DNA of 37,945 nucleotides from a virus (Duplodnaviria; Caudoviricetes): positions 1-37,945 of IMG/VR virus record IMGVR_UViG_3300032116_000579, one strand, 5' to 3'. Under the pieces are notes generated by a model, which did no database searches, was not told the origin of the DNA, and was given only the letters and a program-made list of their open reading frames with translations. Every line of letters starts with the position of its first letter. Within the stretch, counting starts at the first letter, position 1. Shown here piece after piece: positions 24,224 to 32,600 of this stretch. A program made the position numbers and the translations under genes.

Positions 24224-24400
24224 AGACCATAGAATTGCTGGACCTAGGATAGGGGCTGACACCTCTCGCAGAAAGTGGAATACCTAACCTAGGGTGAAAA
24301 GATACGCTAAAGGTGTAGGCTTGCATACCCACAAAATCAATAGTAGTGGGCGGACAGGGTTCGTATCCCGACTGGTCTGACGAGACCAACGTATCGAAGT
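24224..24400 (+). ncRNA. Candidate structured RNA with a tRNA-like T-arm/acceptor end
   Basis: CCTAGG.TAGG/CCTA.CCTAGG, TACGC/GTGTA and CCCAC/GTGGG stems; GGAC-AGGG-TTCGTAT-CCC; TGGTCT can pair with AGACCA at 24224 or 24383. Confidence 0.45.
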
Positions 24401-24413
24401 AACTCTTCAGCAT

Positions 24414-24485
24414 AGCCTCATAGTCAAATGGAGATGACGCCAGGTTACGTACCTGGAAGTATGGGTTCGATTCCCACTGAGGCGC
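24414..24485 (+). tRNA. tRNA-Arg(ACG)-like, atypical
   Basis: GCCTCA/TGAGGC acceptor, GTCA/TGAC D-stem with GG, CCAGG-TTACGTA-CCTGG anticodon arm, TGGG-TTCGATT-CCCA; no encoded CCA. Confidence 0.75.
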
Positions 24486-24500
24486 TACTAAAGGAGAATA

Positions 24501-26369
24501 ATGGGACGCAAGCCAGGAATCCAGAATATACCGAAGAAGGAAGCCCAAGAGAAGGTACTTATCCAACTCAGCCAGGGGGCAACTATTGTCTCGGCTATGT
24601 CTGCCGTAGGGCGAAATGACGTTACCTTCCGACAGTGGGTGATGGCAGACCCTGAGTTTAAAGAGCGAGCAGAAAAAGCCCGCCTTGAAGGCAAAGGCAT
24701 CAAAGCAGACCTTGCCGACTTAAAGGATATTTCATTCCCAGACTTCTGTGAGCAGTTCTTAGACTCTAAGTTGTTTCCCCACCAGTTGAACTGGATGGAC
24801 CTCATTGAGGGTAGGGAGCCTAGGTGGATGCCACCAGGTATGACCTACGAACCAGGCGAGGCTGACCGAGTACTTATCAACGTACCCCCAGAGCACGCCA
24901 AGTCTACGACTATCACCACCAACTACGTTTTGTACAAAATCGTGACCAACCCGAATCACCGAGTCATTATCGTCTCCAAGACCCAGGGTATGGCACGTAA
25001 GTTTCTTGGGGCAATCAAGACCCGACTTTCACACCCTGCTTATACCAAACTGCAAGTGGCCTTCGGCCCTAACGGCGGTTACAAGGCAGATGCTACCCAG
25101 TGGTCGGCAGATATGATTTACCTAGGCACAGGCCGTGACTCTGGCGAGAAGGACCCTACGGTCCAGGCCCTAGGTATGGGTTCTCAGATTTACGGTGCTC
25201 GTGCCGACTTAATTATTGTGGACGATGCCGTAATGGGCGCTAACGCCCACGAGTGGGAAAAGCAACTTGAGTGGCTTCAGAAAGAAGTTATCACTCGTCT
25301 TGGTAGACACGGTAAGTTAATTATCGTTGGAACCAGAGTGGCAGCAATTGACTTGTACAAGATGCTGCGGGACCCAGGGCAGTGGTCGGGTGGGGTAACC
25401 CCCTTTACCTACTGCGCTATGCCAGCAGTCTTGGAATTTGACGAAGACCCACTTAACTGGAAAACACTATGGCCCGAAACGGACCAGCAAGAAAATGCAA
25501 AGGACGATGCATTACCAAATGGAAATTTTCCCAAGTGGGACGGACCTTCTCTCTTTAAGCGTCGCTCTCAGGTCAGCCCGTCGGTTTGGGCTATGGTCTA
25601 CCAACAAGAAGACGTACAAGAGGACTCCATCTTCTCACCAACCTGCGTCGCAGGAAGCGTCAACGGAATGCGTAAACGCGGACCTCTCAAAGCGGGGGTT
25701 GTAGGCCATCCGAAAAATACTGACAATGCTTACACCGTTATTGGCTTTGACCCTGCTATGTCAGGGGCTTCTGCTTTTGTGGCTGTTTCGTACAATCGAA
25801 CAGACGGACGAATTTACGTTCTAGACTGCATCAATATGACAGAACCTACGCCAGCAAAAATTCAAGGCGTAATTGAAGAGTGGGTCGAGAAGTACCGCCC
25901 TCAAGAGTTCCGTGTAGAAATCAACGCACACCAGAAGGCATACTCTCTGGATGACAACCTAAGAAACTTTTTAGCCGCATATGGCTGCCAGTTGAACTCA
26001 CACTTCACTGGTAAGAATAAGTGGGACACATCTTTTGGTGTGGCATCAATGGCAAGCCTCTTTGGCTCTGTCAGAGAAGGGCGCTTTCAAGATAACAACT
26101 TGATTGAGTTGCCAAGCAATGAAGGCTCAGAGGGAATCAAGACCCTCATCCAGGAACTTATTACCTGGAAGCCAGATACCAAAAACCCTACCGACTGCGT
26201 GATGGCACTCTGGTTTGCAATCATTCGCATACGCGAGTTAATGCAACAAAGTACCAGAGTCGGACAGTACCAATCAAACCGCTGGGCAACAAGAGCACAA
26301 ATGTCCCAGCGTGGCTCAATTAATTTAGATGAAGAGTTCGCTTCACAATGGGCAGAACAATACGGATAG
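24501..26369 (+). CDS. terL: Terminase large subunit with N-terminal HTH-like extension
   Basis: FPHQ, PPEHAKST (Walker A variant), LIIVDD, VGTR, YQQ, IGFDPA, DCVMALW. Confidence 0.9.
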   Translation: MGRKPGIQNIPKKEAQEKVLIQLSQGATIVSAMSAVGRNDVTFRQWVMADPEFKERAEKARLEGKGIKADLADLKDISFPDFCEQFLDSKLFPHQLNWMDLIEGREPRWMPPGMTYEPGEADRVLINVPPEHAKSTTITTNYVLYKIVTNPNHRVIIVSKTQGMARKFLGAIKTRLSHPAYTKLQVAFGPNGGYKADATQWSADMIYLGTGRDSGEKDPTVQALGMGSQIYGARADLIIVDDAVMGANAHEWEKQLEWLQKEVITRLGRHGKLIIVGTRVAAIDLYKMLRDPGQWSGGVTPFTYCAMPAVLEFDEDPLNWKTLWPETDQQENAKDDALPNGNFPKWDGPSLFKRRSQVSPSVWAMVYQQEDVQEDSIFSPTCVAGSVNGMRKRGPLKAGVVGHPKNTDNAYTVIGFDPAMSGASAFVAVSYNRTDGRIYVLDCINMTEPTPAKIQGVIEEWVEKYRPQEFRVEINAHQKAYSLDDNLRNFLAAYGCQLNSHFTGKNKWDTSFGVASMASLFGSVREGRFQDNNLIELPSNEGSEGIKTLIQELITWKPDTKNPTDCVMALWFAIIRIRELMQQSTRVGQYQSNRWATRAQMSQRGSINLDEEFASQWAEQYG

Positions 26370-26378
26370 GAAACAATT

Positions 26379-26630
26379 ATGCCAAAACCAGTAAATAACT
26401 CAGGTGGCTCACGTGTACCAAAGAAGCCTAGCAAGGGTTTAACAGCAGATGATTATATTTATGCAAGAGAAGTTGCTGGGCAGCCTGCAGGTAACCGACG
26501 TGGCGCTCTTAATAAATTTCAAGCACAGATAGATAAAAAATTTCTTGAAAAAAAATATCCTCATATTCGTAAGAAATATGATATTACAGGCGTAACTGTA
26601 GATACAACGTACAAAACATACGACGCATAA
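26379..26630 (+). CDS. Hypothetical basic protein
   Basis: 83 aa; AGGA RBS. Confidence 0.6.
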   Translation: MPKPVNNSGGSRVPKKPSKGLTADDYIYAREVAGQPAGNRRGALNKFQAQIDKKFLEKKYPHIRKKYDITGVTVDTTYKTYDA

Positions 26631-26658
26631 ATAATTTTAATACTACGATAGGATAACA

Positions 26659-28452
26659 ATGGCATTATCAATTGAACAGATTGCAGCGCGGGTTGACGCT
26701 TTGCGCTACCGCAACTCAGAACGTGATGCCCGCAATCTTGACGTGCTTGCAGTACGTAAAGGTAAGATTGCAGAAGTTTATCCTGACTTCTTTCCAGACG
26801 GCGTTGATGCTAACGTAGTTGCCAACTTTATTGACATTGTTGCTCGTGACCTTTCTGAGGTTATGGCTCCGTTGCCAGCAGTAAACTGCTCTGCAGCAAA
26901 TGCAACAAATGACCGTGCACGTAGTTTTGCCGATAAGCGCACACGTATTGCGTCAAACTACTTTGCACACTCAGACCTAGCAGTACAGATGTACTCAGGC
27001 GCTGACTGGTACATTACCTACGGTTTCCTCCCATTCTTTATTGAGTTGGACGAGGAAGCGAAACTGCCACGCATCCGCATAGAAAATCCTATTGGGGCTT
27101 ACCCAGAATTTGACCGCTATGGACGCTGTGTTGCATTCGCAAAACGCTACACAATGACACTGGGCGAACTCATCACACAGTTCCCTGAGTATGAATATCA
27201 GTTGCTTGGTGGTTACAACTACAAGCAAGACTTAAATGCTCAGATAGAAATGATTCGCTACTATGACAAAGACCAGTCAACTATCTATATCCCAAGCAAA
27301 CAGAATCTAGTTCTTTCACAAGTAAAGAATCTATTGGGTAAGATGATGGTTGTAGTCGCACGTAAGCCATCTATTGATGGAGAACTACGTGGACAATTCG
27401 ACGACATCCTAGGAATCCAACTACTACGCAACCGATTTGCATTGCTTGCGATGGAGGCCGCAGAGAAATCTGTACAGGCACCGATTGTATTGCCACAGGA
27501 TGTTCAAGAACTGCAGTTGGGTGGAGACGCGGTTATCCGTACATCTAACCCAGCAGGCGTTCGTCGTGTAGAACTATCACTACCACAGGGTGCGTTTACA
27601 GAATCAGCACTCCTCAATCAAGAACTCCGCGTTGGTGCACGTTATCCTGAAGGACGTACAGGTAACATTGATGCATCTATCGTTACTGGCCAAGGTGTAC
27701 AGGCGCTTATGGGCGCATTCGATACACAGGTTAAGTCAGCACAAGCAATTTTTGCTTCAGCACTACGTGATGTAATTAGCGTTTGCTTTGAAGTTGATGA
27801 AGTTCTTTACCCAGAAGAGAAGACAATTCGTGGTGTGGACTCAGGTTCACCTTACGAAGTCACCTATCTTCCACGAAAAGACATTAAGCAAGACTACTCA
27901 GCAGATGTTCGTTATGGAATGCTTGCTGGACTTAATCCTGCACAAGGTCTTATCTTTATGCTTCAAGCATTAGGTGGCGGTCTTATCTCTAAGGATATGG
28001 CTATGCGTGAACTTCCATTTACAGTCAACGTCACACAAGAACTTGAGAAGATTGAAATTGAGAATATGCGTACAGCGTTGCTCAGTGGACTAACAGCAAT
28101 GGCTCAGCAGACTCCTATGATGGCAGCACAGGGACAAGACCCATCAGAAATGATAAACAAGATTGCTTCGGTAATCAAGGCTCGCCAAAAAGGACAGGCA
28201 CTTGAAGACGCGATTGAAGAAATCTTCGCGCCGAAGCCTCAAGTTCCTCCTGCTGGGGCACCACAAATGGTTGAGCAACCGTCCCCTGCTCCCGAAGGCG
28301 TTCCAGCAGGAGGCGCTCCTTCACCAGAGGAGCCAATGGGGCCAGAGATGACTCCGCCAGAACAGCCACCACCAAGCATTATGAATTTACTTTCTAGCCT
28401 TTCAGGCCAAGGAGAAGCATCAGCAAGCGTTAGAACTATCAACCGCAGATAA
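26659..28452 (+). CDS. Portal protein
   Basis: 597 aa, follows terminase; helical, with a Pro/Gln-rich tail typical of podovirus portals. Confidence 0.75.
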   Translation: MALSIEQIAARVDALRYRNSERDARNLDVLAVRKGKIAEVYPDFFPDGVDANVVANFIDIVARDLSEVMAPLPAVNCSAANATNDRARSFADKRTRIASNYFAHSDLAVQMYSGADWYITYGFLPFFIELDEEAKLPRIRIENPIGAYPEFDRYGRCVAFAKRYTMTLGELITQFPEYEYQLLGGYNYKQDLNAQIEMIRYYDKDQSTIYIPSKQNLVLSQVKNLLGKMMVVVARKPSIDGELRGQFDDILGIQLLRNRFALLAMEAAEKSVQAPIVLPQDVQELQLGGDAVIRTSNPAGVRRVELSLPQGAFTESALLNQELRVGARYPEGRTGNIDASIVTGQGVQALMGAFDTQVKSAQAIFASALRDVISVCFEVDEVLYPEEKTIRGVDSGSPYEVTYLPRKDIKQDYSADVRYGMLAGLNPAQGLIFMLQALGGGLISKDMAMRELPFTVNVTQELEKIEIENMRTALLSGLTAMAQQTPMMAAQGQDPSEMINKIASVIKARQKGQALEDAIEEIFAPKPQVPPAGAPQMVEQPSPAPEGVPAGGAPSPEEPMGPEMTPPEQPPPSIMNLLSSLSGQGEASASVRTINRR

Positions 28453-28466
28453 TTAAGTAGGGGACT

Positions 28467-29009
28467 ATGACAACAATAATCGGAATTGAATACGATAGTC
28501 ATTCACTTATTGTTGCCGATAGTCAGACAACAGATGACTCTGGTTTTATTTACAGCCATCCTAATGTTCAAAAAATTGCAGAGCGTGGTTCTTTCTTAAT
28601 TGCTGGTTCTGGTGAAGTACTTCCTTGCGATGTAGCACAACACATCTGGGAACCACCAGTAGTAACTGCTAAAGACCGTAAAGATATTTACCACTTTATG
28701 ATTACAAAGGCTATGCCATCTCTACGCAAATGCTTAAGTAGCAATGGTTATAACTTTGATGAATCTAAGAGTGATATAAGATTTCAGTTTTTAATGTCAG
28801 TGTGTGGAGAAATCTTCGACATTGACCACGAACTGTGTGTAAATAAAACTAAAAATAATATTTATGCTGTAGGCTCAGGTGCGTCTTATGCACTTGGTGC
28901 ACTTCACGCTGGCGTAGATGCCTTTGAAGCGATGGAGATTGCAGCAAAACTAACAGCATTTACTGCTGCACCGTATATATCCAAAACACAATTCAAACAT
29001 ATTAAGTAG
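28467..29009 (+). CDS. Ntn-hydrolase, HslV/proteasome-beta-like protease
   Basis: M-TTII N-terminal Thr, ADSQ, KI, AGSG, AVGSGA.YALGAL. Confidence 0.85.
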   Translation: MTTIIGIEYDSHSLIVADSQTTDDSGFIYSHPNVQKIAERGSFLIAGSGEVLPCDVAQHIWEPPVVTAKDRKDIYHFMITKAMPSLRKCLSSNGYNFDESKSDIRFQFLMSVCGEIFDIDHELCVNKTKNNIYAVGSGASYALGALHAGVDAFEAMEIAAKLTAFTAAPYISKTQFKHIK

Positions 29010-29018
29010 GAGGAAACG

Positions 29019-29474
29019 ATGGCAGAAAATAGAGGCGGAATGCGCCCAACTGCACCACAGAATAACCCTGCTAATGTTTCAGCAACTGGTGGCAACGGAC
29101 AATCTGGTCGTGACTACACAGGATTTGCCTATGGTGAGAACCAGGCACTTGCAGAACAACAGGCATCAGCACCTATGGCTGCTGCTCCATCACCAGTACG
29201 TCCACCATCAGCAGCAATGCCAGGTATGGGTGGAGCCGTTACACCATTAGATGAATTACAGCCTGATGGTCGTCCCATTTCAGATGGTGTTGACTTCGGA
29301 GCAGGACGCGGTTCTGAGGCTTTGCCTTCACGTATTACATCTCCTATGAATCAGTCTGAGAACCTTGACCTTATCAAGCGCTATCTGCCTGATTTGATTA
29401 ATGCAACACGTATTCCTAACGCACCAGATTCGTACAAGCGATTCGTTAACTATCTGAGAGAACAGATACTTTAA
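29019..29474 (+). CDS. Hypothetical virion-region protein
   Basis: AGGAGG RBS; RGG.RP, YGEN.AL.EQQ; Pro/Gly-rich. Confidence 0.7.
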   Translation: MAENRGGMRPTAPQNNPANVSATGGNGQSGRDYTGFAYGENQALAEQQASAPMAAAPSPVRPPSAAMPGMGGAVTPLDELQPDGRPISDGVDFGAGRGSEALPSRITSPMNQSENLDLIKRYLPDLINATRIPNAPDSYKRFVNYLREQIL

Positions 29475-29677
29475 TGAAGTGGTTGGAAAATGGATTTTTT
29501 GACCACCTAGATAAGTTTGCAAACTCTCTAGGTTATGAACACTATGCAATCGCAATTCCTTTGGCAATGGTCAAGTGGGAGTCGCCTGAAGATAGGGATG
29601 TATTCATTATGACTCTTACAAATCAAGACGTAAAGGGCGGCGGAGGTCACGACTTTAACCCATTGGCGGTGAAGTAA
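29474..29677 (+). CDS. Hypothetical protein
   Basis: TAATG coupling on both sides. Confidence 0.7.
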   Translation: MKWLENGFFDHLDKFANSLGYEHYAIAIPLAMVKWESPEDRDVFIMTLTNQDVKGGGGHDFNPLAVK

Positions 29678-32600
29678 TGTCATTTTGGGATAAATTTGTT
29701 GAAGACTTTTTGGGCATTAAACCTGCTCAGCAAAAAGAAATTGTTGAAGGCGCATCTTCTATTATTAAGGGCGCAAAGACTGCTACCCTAGCAATTCCAG
29801 GTGCTATTACAAATCAACTTATTGTTAAGCCTACAGTACAGGGTTTGCAAAATCAAGCACTTAAAGCAGGGTATTCACCAGAAGAAGCAGCAACTGCTGG
29901 TATTGGAATTCAGCAGTCTAAGATTGGACAGTTTGCTCAAGAAGAACAAGATAAGTTTGTTCAGGGAAGCCTTGCAGCATTCGACCCTATTCTCCGTGCA
30001 GGAGAAAAAGCGGATAAATATTTTTTTACTCCAGTAATTGCACGTCCAATATCTACAATTAACTTGCTTCAAGACCCATATAGCCCATTATATAATGATG
30101 AGAAATATGGAAAGGGAGTTCAGTTAAGCGATATTCGTGATGCCTGGAACCGAAGCGCTTATGTATCTCTTGGACAAGCAACTGTTAAATCTACAGGAAT
30201 GCTCGGAATAGCCCAGTCTGCAATTCTTACTGCCAATGGTATGGATATGTCAGAAGTAAATCTTTGGGATGACGAAAGCATTCAGAAAAATTTTGTTGAT
30301 GACAGTCTAGGTTCATTCATTAGTGGACTTAATGACTTTGTTATCAAGAACGTAGCAATCAATGCTGCCCTTGTTGGCGCTGGCGCTGCTGCTAAGGCTG
30401 GCTCAGCCCGTGCAGGTCTTACTACAAAGTTCAAGGCTACCGATGCTGAAGCAATGCCTAAGTTTGAAAAAGATATGACCGACCACATTGAATATGTAAA
30501 TAGTGGCGGAACTACTGGAACTCAAACTGTAATTGGTCAAGATATTATGGACCTTGCAGCGTCTGAAAATATTGTTGATATTGTTCGTATTGTTAAGAAG
30601 CATAGTTACAACCCTGCTCTTCCAGACCTTATCAAAACAACAAAAGACCCTGCAGTTGTAAGGGACTTCTTGCTTGCTGATAAAGGATATGGCCCAGCAA
30701 TCGAACGCCTTGCAGCGCTAAGAATGTCTGATGACCTTTGGATACTTGGTGATGCTACCGCTATAACTCGTGGTAAGTACATTACAGATGGTGCGCTTCC
30801 AGAATATACACCTGCTCAACGTGCTCGTTGGACCGCAGCCTTTGATGATGCTATCGCAAAGAATCCTAAGCATCAAGATATTTACGATGCGTTCTTAAGA
30901 GAAGAACTCGACGAAGCAACAGGTCTTCTTAATACAGAAGTTTTGGCTCTTGGCAAGAACTATAAGCCAATGGAGCCAATTGTTGGTCGTGCAACTGTTG
31001 GAGCAGCACGCTCTCGCGCTGGTCAGATTAAGACCGCTGCTTTGGAAAGAAACTTTGTTGGCCTTGGTGGCGTTGCAGAGACAGTTCTTGGTGGCAGTAT
31101 GAAGGGTCCAGTCACAGTTTTAATGAGGCAGTTTGGCACATTTATGCCAAAAGGTATTGTTACCAACTCTGGCCTACGTCCTATGAACGGCATAGATGAA
31201 TTAATGGCAGTCTTTGATGACATCCCATTATTTAGAGATGGCTCTAGAGTTGTTGAAACTCACACACGCGAAATGATGACTGCAGCAGCATACCGCCGTC
31301 AGGTTATTGACCGTTTTGTTGCAGCAAAAACAGATGGCGAACGTGCAATTGTTATTGATTCCGTCAATAAAGAAATTGCTCGCACACTTGCCTTTTCACG
31401 TGGATATTATGACGTTAAAAAAGTTGACGATATGGTTGACGAACTTATGTCAGAAATCTACAAGGTACATTCTGGCCTACGCAAAGAAGGCTATGCAATG
31501 GACCCACAAGGAGTTCGTGTAGTAGTTGACCCACGCACACAGCGCCAGTTAGCAAACTCTATGCCTATGCTTCCACTAGGCGAGTTTGACCGTATGATTC
31601 TACGTCTATCACGTTCAGAAAAAAATCCAGTTATTGGTGGGGCAACAGCGGTAAAGCAAGGAACTGCAGCAGGAGCCCGTGCATTATTTGAAGGTTCAAG
31701 CAGAATCTTTTCTGTTGCCCAACTTTATCGTTTTTCATATATTCCAAAGAACTCTGTATTCGAGCCTTTATTGGCAGCGACCCTTGCAGAGGGTATGTCA
31801 TTTGCCCGACCAATGTTTACTACTGCAATCTGGAGTAGCATTAAAAAAAGCAGAAACATTCTTGCTAGAAACGTAGCAAAATCAAAGACTCTTACACCTG
31901 GTGCCAAGAGCGAAATTCAAAAAGAAATCAAGGCTCTTTCAGACCAGTACAATCAGGCTATTCTTAATCGTGATATTGCGTATGCAAGTTATGAAGAATT
32001 TTTTGGTGTTGGAAAGAATATTTCTCCAGCAGCAAAACGCGATTGGGCAGATGAAATTAAGATGCGTCTTAAGGATGCAGAAAATGACGTTGCAGCCATT
32101 GAGGGTAGACTTAATGTTTATGCCAACGAGTACGGCACTCCAATATCAGCGCCATCAATTTACAACTTACGTCGTAGAATTCAGTTCCTTAAGGATGCAA
32201 AAGACCCACGCTTTGCTGGAGATATAGCAGCAGCGGAGATGACTCTTGCCCGCGCCGTTGAGGATATTAATACCCTGGCACCTGAACTGAATACTCTTAC
32301 AGCAGAAATTGCTAGAGCCTACGACGAAATTGGAAAAGCCATTGAGGCTATTGGTCCCGCTGGTGTACGCCAAGCAGACCTGTTTGAGGTTTCTGAAGCA
32401 CGCTATCTAAAGGAACCATTCCTGGCTAAAACACAAAGTGTTCAACTATCAAATGGTCAAACACTAGAATTTCCTTCTATCGCAAATCGTGATAATTTTG
32501 GTGAAGGTTACCTATCTGAAATTTCTAACAATGCTACACGTACACTTGAATTTTTGGGTAACAAAGCATCAGTTGCTAAAACAATCAGTATTCGTGCTCG

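Noticed and set aside
24224-24400. Bona fide tmRNA
   Set aside because: Too short; no G3-U70 alanine identity pair, no CCA and no clear tag reading frame.
24207-24805. ORFs 24207..24566 (-), 24428..24619 (+), 24488..24805 (-)
   Set aside because: Overlap the tRNA, candidate ncRNA and terminase; no RBS or protein-like features.
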